A stretch of 64,000 bases of DNA, from assembly GCA_036170915.1 (NCBI GenBank), contig JAVHQC010000022.1:401713-465712 (forward strand), read 5' to 3'. The position numbers and the translations under genes were made by a program. The notes below the pieces were generated by a model. That model was not told where the DNA came from. It searched no databases and worked only from the letters and a program-made list of their open reading frames with translations. This stretch comes from Cyanobacteria bacterium auto_48_18. GTDB lineage: Bacteria; Cyanobacteriota; Vampirovibrionia; Obscuribacterales; Obscuribacteraceae. Below, piece by piece: positions 28,874 to 38,860 of this stretch; position 1 is the first letter of the stretch; every line of letters begins with the position of its first letter.

Positions 28874-29384
28874 GGTTTCGACCGCCTAGTTATTTGAGGA
28901 TCAAGCCATCCGAGTCAACTACATGATCGACGGTTTCAATGTCTATTATTCTGTGGCCACTTGTATCAGCAAGGGTAACATTGCACACGGGAAGTGGTTT
29001 GACTATCGTGGTTATTGTGAGTGGGTAACAGCACATAATCCGAACTTCTCGGCCGGGTCGAAAGTGCACCGTGTCCGGCTTTATTCTGCCCTTGCTCACC
29101 ATGATCCAGATCCTTCGGTGGTATCACGACACCTAGTGCTGAACCAGGCGATGACTGCTACGAATGTTGAAGTCACGCTGGGAAATTTTAAGCGTAAGCG
29201 TATTCGTTGCAAGCTTCCTTCATGTGGTGGATCGTTCGACAAGCACGAAGAGAAGGAGACCGATATAAACGTGGCCATGGGTGTAATTGAATCCCTTCTG
29301 GTCGACAACGTTGAACAGCACCAGCTGCCAGCAGCAATCCGGCTGCCCAGTGGGATTAATCTACTCAAGCCCACCTCCTGGTGA
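28872..29384 (+). pseudogene. NYN (LabA/DUF88, PIN-like) RNase, apparently inactivated
   Basis: RVNYMIDGFNVY, CxxxxC, EEKETDINVA and family-like C-terminus QLP…G…KP.SW are present, but the SGDxDF segment is missing (in-frame deletion). An in-frame TAG at 28887 follows a candidate TTG start at 28872. Confidence 0.8.
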
Positions 29385-29403
29385 GCCTCATTCCAAGTCG
29401 CAA

Positions 29404-29886
29404 CTAATTTGCGCTTTTCAATGTTTGCAGATCAGCTAAATCAGCTTCTCTTCCAATCAGTTTTTTATAAGCGATCAAATCATCCAGTGGTTGAACACTC
29501 ACTTTCATTCCTTGCCATACATGCAGCTCGGCTTTCTTTAAATCGAAGTTGTAAGCCAGCCACTGCCCATTAGAAAACATTTGCTGGGCTTCGGTTTGAT
29601 TGATGTCTACGAGGGTCGAGCCGATTTTCAATTTGAGCATCACCATCTGAAATTCACTGTCCTGGTAAAAGTGCAAAGGCTCGATTATGTGCTTGCGCAG
29701 CAGGTAAGCAACCAGTTCAATATGTGCGCGCGGCAGCTCTAAATCAATGTCTTGCAAAGGCCATTTTGAGCCGTGAATATTTCCGGCCAGGCCGCCCGTA
29801 AACTGATATGGCACCTTGTGCTCATGCAAAAGCGCGACCAAAAATTTGATGGCCTCAAGCTTTTCGTCATCGACAATGGCATTCAT
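29404..29886 (-). CDS. Pol-beta-superfamily nucleotidyltransferase-like protein
   Basis: VPYQFTGGLAGNIHG…DIDL, and LIAYK…GR..DL.D C-terminus. Confidence 0.75.
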   Translation of the reverse strand: MNAIVDDEKLEAIKFLVALLHEHKVPYQFTGGLAGNIHGSKWPLQDIDLELPRAHIELVAYLLRKHIIEPLHFYQDSEFQMVMLKLKIGSTLVDINQTEAQQMFSNGQWLAYNFDLKKAELHVWQGMKVSVQPLDDLIAYKKLIGREADLADLQTLKSAN

Positions 29887-29898
29887 CGTATTTTGATC

Positions 29899-32193
29899 TT
29901 AGTCTTTATTGCCACTATTGGAAAGTTTTTGCGCAAACTTAGAATAGGCGTACGACGAGATCAGCAGTATCACTCCAGCGCCGATGAAGGAGAGAATTCT
30001 TTGAATGGTTTCGGCACCGGCAAGATCCACCAGCAGAAGCTTACCGGCCACCAGACCAAATACACAAAGGCCCATGACTCTAAAGGCTTTTTGAGGTAGG
30101 TTAAAGCCTGCCACCAATAGGAACATGCCTTCGATCGCCCAACCGGCGCTCACCAGACCAGGCTGCAATTTGACGCCCAGCAGCATAGTCACCACAATGG
30201 TGGCCGTAATGCTGTAAATAAGGCCAATAAAGCGCTCTGGACTATTCTTGATAATATCGAGGCGATGCTTTTGATATTGGTAACTGCTGCCATAAATCAG
30301 TGCGGCAGAAATGAGCGTGCCGGGCCAGCTCCAGTTTTGGTTGAGACTCATAAGTGTGCAACAGGCTACGAAGTAGAACAGCAAACCAGTAAAGCGAATC
30401 AGACGGCTATTGACTTGAAATCCGAGTGCCACTACCGATGATGCCTGTGCTACCCACAGCAGTGGCAGCCAGTGATTGGCAACATCGTTGCCATGTTGAT
30501 CAAGCGCTGGGTTATAGAGCACTTGCGACGGAATCAGTGCATAAAGCAAAATGCCGCCGAGAAAATATGAAGCAAAGAAAAACCTGCGCTCACCGTACGA
30601 TTGCACTGCGGCAAACTGTTCGCTGCGCTGGAACAAACCAGCGGCAACAAAAGCAATGGCACCAAACAGGCAGGTAATGATGCTTCCGCGAATAGGATAG
30701 GGGCCGATATTTTGCTGATAGGTATTGTTAGAATCAAACAAAATCGCCGCTCCTACCACTAAACAAAGTGCATAGGCAAACCAGCGCAGTGATTTTATTT
30801 GATTTTGCAGACCGAGGAATGTCAGAGCCAGTACTTCGAGCGCGAGCAAACAATTAGTGGTTTGACCGTCGTGAAACAGCTGCGGAATTGTCAAAGTAGC
30901 AAATGCAGTGCCTAGAGTCAGGTAAGTAGTGCTTTGCGCCGGTGCATCTCTCAGGGCCAGCTGCTTGGCCATGACAAGATAAACGGCACAGAGCAATAAT
31001 GGAAACAGAAATTCGTTAGCCCCAAGGGCCAGATAGACGCTGCCTTGCGTGCCAAAATAAAAGCAAAGTGCTGAAATAATGGCCCCAGCGATTAGACGCG
31101 CACGGCCTTTTTTGATAACTTCGGGCAGATAGAGTGAAACTGCACCAAAGGCAAGCCAGTTAGTGAGCAAGAAAGCAACTCTCATGGCATTGAACGAAGT
31201 TGGCGACACTGGCACGTGCGCCGATGCCGTGGCCTGAAGCAATGTGGCAAAAGCCGAAGTGTAAGCGGCGCATAGCCCCCAGAAATAGAGCACGCGCCAG
31301 TGCATGCGGGTACACAGATAGGCGGTGGTAAGGGTCAAGATGCCGGCGGCGGTGGTGGTCAGCACCGTGGGTTCGGTCAGTGGAATGGTTATGAAACCAA
31401 GCACCACCGCCAGGGTGGCCATAATTTCTGAACGCTTGTGCAGAGAATGAGCAATTGCCATACCTGCCACGGCAAGCAGCAGGCAGACTGCGGTGATGGG
31501 CTCGCCAATTAGCTGCACTGAGGCGATAAAATGCATGGCGTAGACACTGAAGTATGCCAGCGACCATCCGCCGCCCATGAGGCCACGCGCGTACCATGAG
31601 ACGCTTTTGTTGCGGTGCTCTAGCCATTCGCCGAGCCCCAGCATACTGGCGGCGATGATAAGCCCGGTAGCGATTTTTGCAGCTGGCCCAAAATATTGAA
31701 AAGAGTAGATAATCAGTAAAGCTATACCAATAACAAGGCTACCGACACCCAGGGTATTGAGCCAGTAGAGGCCAATGCGAGTCTCTAAATTCTTTTTTGT
31801 ACCTGGTGCCGCATCTGCCGCATCACCAGCGGTGCCTGCTGCAGTCTCTGGGGCAGGGCCCGAGCTACTGGTGTGAGATTGGGCGTCTTGAGGACCATTC
31901 TGTGAGCCTGTCTGAGTGCCTGCCTCGGGGTCTAGCGGTGCGTCGGCCACCGGGGCACTGTCGGCAATTCTTTCAATTATTAGCAAATCTGGTGCATTTT
32001 GCTGAGCGGCTTGAGCATGCTCCACTTTTATGTGTTCATGTTTTAAGAGGGCAGCATTTGCTTCTGTAAGTTGCGAAATTTCTTCTGTGGCAGGGGCCGA
32101 AAGCTCGAGCCTGGCTTCGATTGCCGTCAGTCGCGAATTGATTGCCACGATGGCCTGGCGCAGGCTGGAAATTTCATCTTCTTGCACTTTCAA
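29899..32193 (-). CDS. DUF2339 multi-pass membrane protein
   Basis: N-terminal coiled coil and linker, LETRIG..WL, many TM helices, KLLLVDL…RILSFIG.G ending. Confidence 0.88.
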   Translation of the reverse strand: MKVQEDEISSLRQAIVAINSRLTAIEARLELSAPATEEISQLTEANAALLKHEHIKVEHAQAAQQNAPDLLIIERIADSAPVADAPLDPEAGTQTGSQNGPQDAQSHTSSSGPAPETAAGTAGDAADAAPGTKKNLETRIGLYWLNTLGVGSLVIGIALLIIYSFQYFGPAAKIATGLIIAASMLGLGEWLEHRNKSVSWYARGLMGGGWSLAYFSVYAMHFIASVQLIGEPITAVCLLLAVAGMAIAHSLHKRSEIMATLAVVLGFITIPLTEPTVLTTTAAGILTLTTAYLCTRMHWRVLYFWGLCAAYTSAFATLLQATASAHVPVSPTSFNAMRVAFLLTNWLAFGAVSLYLPEVIKKGRARLIAGAIISALCFYFGTQGSVYLALGANEFLFPLLLCAVYLVMAKQLALRDAPAQSTTYLTLGTAFATLTIPQLFHDGQTTNCLLALEVLALTFLGLQNQIKSLRWFAYALCLVVGAAILFDSNNTYQQNIGPYPIRGSIITCLFGAIAFVAAGLFQRSEQFAAVQSYGERRFFFASYFLGGILLYALIPSQVLYNPALDQHGNDVANHWLPLLWVAQASSVVALGFQVNSRLIRFTGLLFYFVACCTLMSLNQNWSWPGTLISAALIYGSSYQYQKHRLDIIKNSPERFIGLIYSITATIVVTMLLGVKLQPGLVSAGWAIEGMFLLVAGFNLPQKAFRVMGLCVFGLVAGKLLLVDLAGAETIQRILSFIGAGVILLISSYAYSKFAQKLSNSGNKD

Positions 32194-32380
32194 CCTGCCT
32201 ATTTGGTTAGATCTCGCTGCTTTTTATCGCAAATGTCTCAGGCTATCACAACTTTGCACCAGATCGCGTTTTTTACTCTGGCTAACATGAACGGTCACTT
32301 CTCGATCACATTCGGAGCGTAAGTTGAAGATATGGGTGGTGCCGAGATGCGAAAAACGCGGCCCAAATGGGAGGCTCAAA

Positions 32381-32794
32381 ATGACAAGAGATGCGAAACA
32401 GTACACGGAACACGATTCATTGAATAATCCGCTGGCTAGCGGTCTACTTCACCGGCTTTGCAAGCACGCCGATGTAAAAGTTAGATTGCATCTAGCGGAA
32501 AATAGACACACACCGATCGAACTATTGATGGCACTAAGTGCTGACAATGATGCGGCGGTGAGATTAGCGGTGGCTGAGAATGCAAGCGCTCACCACTGTT
32601 TAATTGAACGTGCAGTCAATGATGAAAGTGTTGATGTGCGCTACGGGCTAGCGGAAAATCCGCATGTGCCCTCGCATCTTTTGAAAATTTTGGCCCTCGA
32701 TGAAAATCCATATGTGGCCATGCGTGCTGAGCAAACCTTGGCGCGAGTAGTGAGAGAGTGCCTGGCACTCCACTGCTTGAAAAATCGCAATTAG
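32381..32794 (+). CDS. Short alpha-helical (HEAT/LRV-like) repeat protein
   Basis: Repeats D..VR..LAEN…P..LL..L..D; GGGAGG RBS before ATG 32381. Confidence 0.75.
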   Translation: MTRDAKQYTEHDSLNNPLASGLLHRLCKHADVKVRLHLAENRHTPIELLMALSADNDAAVRLAVAENASAHHCLIERAVNDESVDVRYGLAENPHVPSHLLKILALDENPYVAMRAEQTLARVVRECLALHCLKNRN

Positions 32795-32820
32795 AATTTT
32801 TCCGGATAAATTCGATTGTT

Positions 32821-32864
32821 GCAGAAGATCTGGTGGAGAATCCAGCTCTTATCGGATCTTCTGC
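32821..32864 (+). terminator. Long RNA hairpin downstream of 32794 (terminator or stabiliser)
   Basis: GCAGAAGATCTGGTGGAG…TCTTATCGGATCTTCTGC pairs using G-U wobbles on the + strand only; no immediate T run. Confidence 0.5.
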
Positions 32865-32882
32865 GCCACCCATAATTTTTTA

Positions 32883-33008
32883 AAGAAATACTTTTTCGAA
32901 AGTATTTCTTGGAATTAAGCTGCCAGGGGCGAACAGCTCTCTTTTAAAAAAAATACCTCCGGAGGTATTTTTTTCAGATCTGAGCCGCCGTACTCCCCCC
33001 AGTATGGC
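32883..33008. promoter_or_regulatory. Three related TAC-N8/10-GTAT palindromes (candidate operators)
   Basis: AAGAAATACTTT-ttcg-AAAGTATTTCTT (32883-32910); AAAAAAATACCTCCGGAGGTATTTTTTT (32947-32974); GCCGTACTCCCCCCAGTATGGC (32987-33008). Confidence 0.6.
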
Positions 33009-33120
33009 CCGCGGCTGGCTTATATCAACGATTTTTTGCAATTTGATTATTTCCCTGCCATGAAATATGGTGCCATCCGTGACATGCTGCTTATGATGAT
33101 AAGTAGTCAGGAGGTTTCCT

Positions 33121-35097
33121 TTGATTAATCGTTATGTAGGGCATATCGGGCCAGTTTTGAGCCTGTCTTTAACTCTCGTGGTGGCGTCAGCAGTATCACC
33201 GCTACAATCCGCCAGTGCAGCGCCAACAGCAACTAAAGCAAAGACCCTGAGTCTGCAGTCTACTCGGGTTAGTCCTAATGCTTTTCGCGCCAGACTTTTA
33301 AAGGGCAAACTTTCGGCAGATGTGGCCGCGGCTGAAAAACTATTGCTTGCCGGAAAATATGTTCCTGCTCAAGACGCTTTTCGCGCGGCTTTAAACAAAA
33401 ATTCAAAAGACACAGCCGCTATGACCGGTCTGGGATTCGCCCTGGCGCAGCAATATAAACTTGACGCAGCCAACGAGCAATTTACAAAAGCATTGAAAAT
33501 CAATGCCAAAACACCTCTGGCCATGGTTGGTCAGTCGCTGGTGAAACTATATCGATTGCAGTCATCATCAATGACCGTCATTTCGCAAAGGCAGGCATCA
33601 TTAACCTCAGCCGAAGCTGGTTGTAAGCAAGCATTAAAGCTTGATCCCCAGGCTGCAGAAGCCTATATCGTGCTAGGTCTGGTGCAGAGAGAGCAGGGTC
33701 GTTTGAATGAAGCGCGCAATAGCCTTTCTATGGCTATTAAATTAGACCCGCAATATGCTTCGGCCTTTGTTCAGCGTGGCTTAATCGATTTAAAAATGGG
33801 TGATACAGCTGCTGCCCTGACTGATTTTAATTCGGCTATCACCCTTCGCCCTGACAATGCTTCTGCCTATTATGGCCTCGGACAGGCCTACCTCAATCAA
33901 GGAATGTATGACGACGCCTACAAGGCCTTGAACACTTCCCTCTCTAAAAATCAGAATAGCGCGCCGGCGCACATTGCAATGGGTGACGTTTACTTCAAGC
34001 AAAATAACCGCGTTGCCGCCATAAAAGAGTATCAAAAGGCAATCAGCATTAAAGCAGAAAATGAAGTTGCTTATTTGCGCATGGCCGACATTCGCGAATC
34101 GCGCGGCGATTTGGAACTGGCGCTGGGTGATTTGCGCTCAGGACTGGCTTTGAACCCCAATAGCGTAGATTTGCACCGCAGAACCGGCGATATTAATTTG
34201 CGACTTGAAAAAACTGATGATGCATTGAAGGAGTACACAACGGTGCTGGGCTTCATGCCGGGCGACGTTGCAGCCGTAAAAGGCATGACTCGCGCGCTCA
34301 TGATCAAAGCGCAGAAAGAAGCCAATGGTGCTTTCTTTGTTGCCAACAACTTCGAATCAGCTGAGCACTTCATTCAACGGGCTATTCAGTTAAATCCAAA
34401 TGATATGGAATTGCGCCTGGCTGATGCCAAACTGCGTGCTCTTTCTGGTAAACCGGTTGATTTATCCAATATTGGAACGCCCACTACTGACCCTCAGCGT
34501 ATTGCCTATGCTGAGGCATGCCTGGCACAATTTAAGTATCAGGAAGCCACAGATAATTTCGCCATAGTTATCGCTAACTGCACCACCGCCGCTCAAGCGT
34601 TTGCTGTAGCCGACATGGCGCTGATGATTCGCGACCTTGATAGCGCCGATGCTGCTTACAAGCGTGGTGGCACATTTACTGAAGAAGACGCTGCCGCTCG
34701 CTCTAAACGTGGGCTAGGCAGGGTGGCCACAGCTCGCGATAAAGCTCGTCAGGCGCTAACTCTGGGGCAAGATCTCGAGCGTAAAAAACAGTTGACCAGC
34801 GCTATTGATCAATATCGTGATGCCGCTTATCAAAATCCTAGACTGTCGGCAGCACACCTTGGCTTGGCTGATACTTTGCAAAAGCTGTATAACAAGTCAG
34901 CTCCGCCTTTGCGCGAAGCTGCTTTGCACTATCGCGCATACGCATCGCTAGAGCCAGGTTTGCCCGAAAAGCAATCAGAGAAAATTGCTAAGAAGGCAGC
35001 AAAATGTGATGAGCTCGCATTCAAAATTGAGCAGGGCAAATCTACAAGCAAATTGTCTTCCATTTTTAGTTCAGTAGAGAAATTCTTCAAAAACTAA
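33121..35097 (+). CDS. Secreted tetratricopeptide repeat protein
   Basis: AGGAGG RBS with TTG start; signal peptide; more than 10 TPR repeats. Confidence 0.9.
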   Translation: MINRYVGHIGPVLSLSLTLVVASAVSPLQSASAAPTATKAKTLSLQSTRVSPNAFRARLLKGKLSADVAAAEKLLLAGKYVPAQDAFRAALNKNSKDTAAMTGLGFALAQQYKLDAANEQFTKALKINAKTPLAMVGQSLVKLYRLQSSSMTVISQRQASLTSAEAGCKQALKLDPQAAEAYIVLGLVQREQGRLNEARNSLSMAIKLDPQYASAFVQRGLIDLKMGDTAAALTDFNSAITLRPDNASAYYGLGQAYLNQGMYDDAYKALNTSLSKNQNSAPAHIAMGDVYFKQNNRVAAIKEYQKAISIKAENEVAYLRMADIRESRGDLELALGDLRSGLALNPNSVDLHRRTGDINLRLEKTDDALKEYTTVLGFMPGDVAAVKGMTRALMIKAQKEANGAFFVANNFESAEHFIQRAIQLNPNDMELRLADAKLRALSGKPVDLSNIGTPTTDPQRIAYAEACLAQFKYQEATDNFAIVIANCTTAAQAFAVADMALMIRDLDSADAAYKRGGTFTEEDAAARSKRGLGRVATARDKARQALTLGQDLERKKQLTSAIDQYRDAAYQNPRLSAAHLGLADTLQKLYNKSAPPLREAALHYRAYASLEPGLPEKQSEKIAKKAAKCDELAFKIEQGKSTSKLSSIFSSVEKFFKN

Positions 35098-35130
35098 ATC
35101 GGTAAATCAAAATCAAACCAACGGAAGACC

Positions 35131-36429
35131 CTACTGCGGAGTGCCATCTGTAGTAGGGTCTTTACTCATGGTCAGGCTAGGTGGAGAAATGGCGTGTGGA
35201 CTGGCTTCTGGCACTTCTTGTACTTTGGCCACGGCCTCATCGTCAGTCAATACATCGTCTCTGCTGCTTTCAGCAATAATGCGAGCGCGCTCTTTTAACT
35301 GAGCCACCTGTTCGCGTGAGTCGAGATAATATAATGCGTAAGCATAACGCTCAAGATATGGCACTAGAGCCACTGAGTCGGGACCGTGGTGCACCTCGGC
35401 TAAGCGCAAAGCTTGCTCGAACAATGGTGCAGCTTCTGCATATTTTTTCTCTTGAGCATAGACATTGGCTAAAGCAAACATTGCCCGCCCTTCGTTGCCG
35501 TTGCGAGAAGGTGCAGCTTGCCAGAGGCCTTGAGCGCGAAGATATAGTGCTTCGGCCTCGGCCAATTTGCCCTGCTGTATCAGGCATCTGCCAAGTTTAT
35601 CTAAGCGCGCATATACCTGATAGTGTTCAGGTGGTTGAATGCGTTCGGTTATATCGAGCGCGTCTTTTAAGTATGATTCGGCATCTTCGTTGTCTTTGCG
35701 CGCTAAAGCCAGGCTACCGAGGCTGTCATAGCTGTTGGCAAGCGATAAATGCTGCTTGCCAAGCACGGTTGATTTGATATTGAGCGCAGCCTTAAACAAT
35801 CTTTCGGCCATGGCAAAATCTTCCCGGGCACCGTATATGTTGCCGATATCGTCGCAGGCGATGGCCCATTCAATCAACGGGTCGCGCATCACCGGTGATG
35901 CCTCTCCGGCCCATGCCTGTAGGGGCATTCCGGCCTTGAGAGTAATTTTGCCTTGAGCTTGAGTGCTGGCCTGACTAAGCTTGCCTTCCACAAAAGCGAG
36001 AATTTTTTCTGCCAGCGGAGTGGCCTTACCGGCGGTGCCATGATTTAAATAAAAATGCACCAGTGACGACATGGCCGGAATTAACTGTTCATCTTCACTG
36101 CCGCAAGCCACTGTTTTGACGGCCAACTCTTCTTCTAAATAGGGTTCTGCTTCAGCGAAGCGGCCGCGAATAGTAAGCAAGCGCCCTAATTCGCCATCAC
36201 TTTTAGCCAGTCGCACATCTCCAGCTGGAAACGTACGGGCCAGATTAACGGCATATTTCAAAAGCCGTTCAGCATCACCGTATTCGCAGGCGTAGGCGGC
36301 TTTTTCGCCTTTTGACTGCACTTGCTCCCATGATCCTGGCGGCAAGGCAGAACAGGGCGTTAACAATTGGCTTGATAGGGCCAGGGTTAATGACGATGCT
36401 AGAATTAGCGATTTAGCTGTTTTTTTCAT
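35131..36429 (-). CDS. Secreted TPR protein (kinesin-light-chain-like long repeats)
   Basis: Signal peptide MKKTAKSLILAS…; repeats AE.L…AL.I…G..H…A. Confidence 0.85.
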   Translation of the reverse strand: MKKTAKSLILASSLTLALSSQLLTPCSALPPGSWEQVQSKGEKAAYACEYGDAERLLKYAVNLARTFPAGDVRLAKSDGELGRLLTIRGRFAEAEPYLEEELAVKTVACGSEDEQLIPAMSSLVHFYLNHGTAGKATPLAEKILAFVEGKLSQASTQAQGKITLKAGMPLQAWAGEASPVMRDPLIEWAIACDDIGNIYGAREDFAMAERLFKAALNIKSTVLGKQHLSLANSYDSLGSLALARKDNEDAESYLKDALDITERIQPPEHYQVYARLDKLGRCLIQQGKLAEAEALYLRAQGLWQAAPSRNGNEGRAMFALANVYAQEKKYAEAAPLFEQALRLAEVHHGPDSVALVPYLERYAYALYYLDSREQVAQLKERARIIAESSRDDVLTDDEAVAKVQEVPEASPHAISPPSLTMSKDPTTDGTPQ

Positions 36430-36587
36430 GTTTGGCTTTCTAACTGACTCTTCTTGATAGTACCGGATTTGGGGCCTCAGTGCACCTGCAAAGGTAGATA
36501 AATTCCAGGAAAAATCGGTTTGGCGATTGACCTTTGGCGGCATTTGACGCACAGTAGCAAGGATAATTTATTTGGGCAATCAGTAAA

Positions 36588-38819
36588 TTGGCATCCCCTA
36601 CTCAATCCGACGATAATCGTGAACCTGGCCAGCGCTCAGACAGCGCTGGCACTACTTCTGGCCATGCTCCTGGTAGTGTTCCGGGCCATGCACCAGGTAT
36701 CGAAGGACAGCTAAGGCCTGGCGACAAAGTAGACGACTACGAAATCGTGTCGCTTCTGGGTGTAGGCGGCATGGGCTACGTCTACAAAGTGCATCACACC
36801 ATTTTGCAAAAAGACTATGCCCTCAAGACTCTTAGCCCCGACAAAATAACTGAGAATTCCTGGTATAGATTGCAGCAAGAGGCTCAGGCCATTGCGCGCA
36901 TGACGCATCCAAATGTGATTGCCATTCACAATTTAGGTATGCATCTGGGCATTTTGCCGTTTTATGTAATGGATTTGCTCGAAGGCGAAAATCTAGCTGA
37001 TTTAATCGAACGCACAGGACCGCTGCCTTTAGAAACTGCTTTGCCTATTTTTATCGCAGTCAGTAAGGGTCTGGGTTACGCACATAAAAAAGGAATTGTG
37101 CATCGCGACGTCAAGCCAGGCAATATTGTTTTACTCGATGCCCCAGACGCCAGCGGTTCAAGAGTGAAGCTTGTAGACTTCGGCGTGGCCAAGCTTTCTG
37201 GAGGCACGGCCGACAAGCAAAATCTCACTGCTGCCGGAGAAATTTTTGGCAGTCCATATTATATGAGCCCCGAACAGTGTGAAGGAAAAAAGGTTGACGG
37301 GCGCTCGGACATTTACTCTCTGGGTTGTACATTCTTTGAGATTTTGACCGGGGCTCCGCCTTTTCGCGGCGCAAACCCCATTCAAACCATGATGATGCAC
37401 CAGACGCAGACGCCGCCGACCTTGACGCAAGTGACCGGCGGCAAATATTTTCCTGAGCCCATGGAAACATTGATTGCTGAAATGTTAGCCAAGGCGCCCA
37501 TGGATCGTTATCAAAATCTCGACGAGGTAGTGAACGAGCTTTGTTTAATTGAAGAAGAGAAAGACTTCAAGCCGCAGCCGGAAGTTACCGGTGGGCGCAA
37601 TCGAAGCAATAAAGATCGCGATAGAGACAACGAAAATGGCTCAGATAGTGGCAACCCGCATAACCTTACTGTGTTGGTGTTGAAAATTTGTCTTTCGCTG
37701 ATCATAATTTTTTCGGTGTCAGGAACGATTATTTACCTGATGACTAACAATTTTCAGGTGCCATTCCGTGATGGTGAAAGCCGCTCTGTGAGCGTGGCTC
37801 CGAGTGTGCCGGAAACTACGTCTTCTCCTTCTACAACTTCTTCTAGCGCAAGTTCTGATGATGACAAAGCTGAGGATTCAACTGCGAATGCTACTGCAAA
37901 TGCTACTGCAAATGCCACTGCAAATGCCACTCCGAGCGCTACTCTAAGCACTACTCTAGGCACCGCCACTGGTGCCACTTCTCAGGCAAGTCCAAGCAAG
38001 CCTTACTATGCGGGTATTGAAGAGCATGGCGATGTTAAGTATAAGATTTTTGAATTTCCCAATGCTCGTAGCTTCGGCAAATTAATTTCACGCAATTATG
38101 ACAGTATTGAGCAAGAGGCTAAGGGGCGTCAGCTCGTGCATGCCGACGCTGAGTTGCTATTGCGTTGTAATAACGAGGTGACCCTGAATCCTTCGCTATT
38201 GGATGGTTTTGGTCCATCAGATTTATTTGAAATTGAGTGTATAGACCTCTTTCGTGTCCGCAATGAGTTTATTCAACATGTGGCCAGGCTGAGCAATTTA
38301 AGGGGCTTACGTATTGAGACCGGCGAAATTGATGATGAGAGCTTGAAGTATATTGATCAGTTGAGTGAACTTAAAGCCTTGCATTTAAATCAGACGAAAA
38401 TTCTCGGTAGCAATCTGGCCAAGCTTGGCCGCATTCATAAATTGAAACGAGTCACTTTTGCTGCGGGCTATGAGACCTCGGCTCTCCTGGCCGCTCTAGC
38501 TAACTCGCAGTCCCTGACTGAATTAAATGTCGAAAACGCACTTTTAAGTCCGCAAGATTTTAAGGCAATTGCCACAATGACTCGTCTTACAGATTTGACT
38601 GTTAATGCCACGGGGCTTACTAACGCCGACATGGAAGTAATTTCAACTTTGCCTCGATTGAAAATTCTCGATGCTGGCTTCTGTTTGATCGATGCTAATT
38701 GTCTTAAATCGTGCAAAAAAATGAAAGCTCTGGTGCAGCTGCAATTGAGTGGCGATAACTGGCGTGAGGGTGATACAGCCGCTTTTGCGTCAGCTCTCAA
38801 GTCGGTTACGGTACGCTAG
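36588..38819 (+). CDS. Ser/Thr protein kinase - TM - LRR receptor-like kinase
   Basis: LGVGGMG, HRDVKPGN, DFG, GSPYYMSPE; TM; Ser/Thr/Ala stalk; LRRs. Confidence 0.92.
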   Translation: MASPTQSDDNREPGQRSDSAGTTSGHAPGSVPGHAPGIEGQLRPGDKVDDYEIVSLLGVGGMGYVYKVHHTILQKDYALKTLSPDKITENSWYRLQQEAQAIARMTHPNVIAIHNLGMHLGILPFYVMDLLEGENLADLIERTGPLPLETALPIFIAVSKGLGYAHKKGIVHRDVKPGNIVLLDAPDASGSRVKLVDFGVAKLSGGTADKQNLTAAGEIFGSPYYMSPEQCEGKKVDGRSDIYSLGCTFFEILTGAPPFRGANPIQTMMMHQTQTPPTLTQVTGGKYFPEPMETLIAEMLAKAPMDRYQNLDEVVNELCLIEEEKDFKPQPEVTGGRNRSNKDRDRDNENGSDSGNPHNLTVLVLKICLSLIIIFSVSGTIIYLMTNNFQVPFRDGESRSVSVAPSVPETTSSPSTTSSSASSDDDKAEDSTANATANATANATANATPSATLSTTLGTATGATSQASPSKPYYAGIEEHGDVKYKIFEFPNARSFGKLISRNYDSIEQEAKGRQLVHADAELLLRCNNEVTLNPSLLDGFGPSDLFEIECIDLFRVRNEFIQHVARLSNLRGLRIETGEIDDESLKYIDQLSELKALHLNQTKILGSNLAKLGRIHKLKRVTFAAGYETSALLAALANSQSLTELNVENALLSPQDFKAIATMTRLTDLTVNATGLTNADMEVISTLPRLKILDAGFCLIDANCLKSCKKMKALVQLQLSGDNWREGDTAAFASALKSVTVR
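37881..37931 (+). repeat. 12-bp coding tandem repeat (TANA x4) in kinase stalk
   Basis: ACTGC(G/A)AATGC(T/C) x4. Confidence 0.9.
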
Positions 38820-38860
38820 AGAAGTTGAATCAAACGGGTGGGGATCTAGATAGAAGGTCA

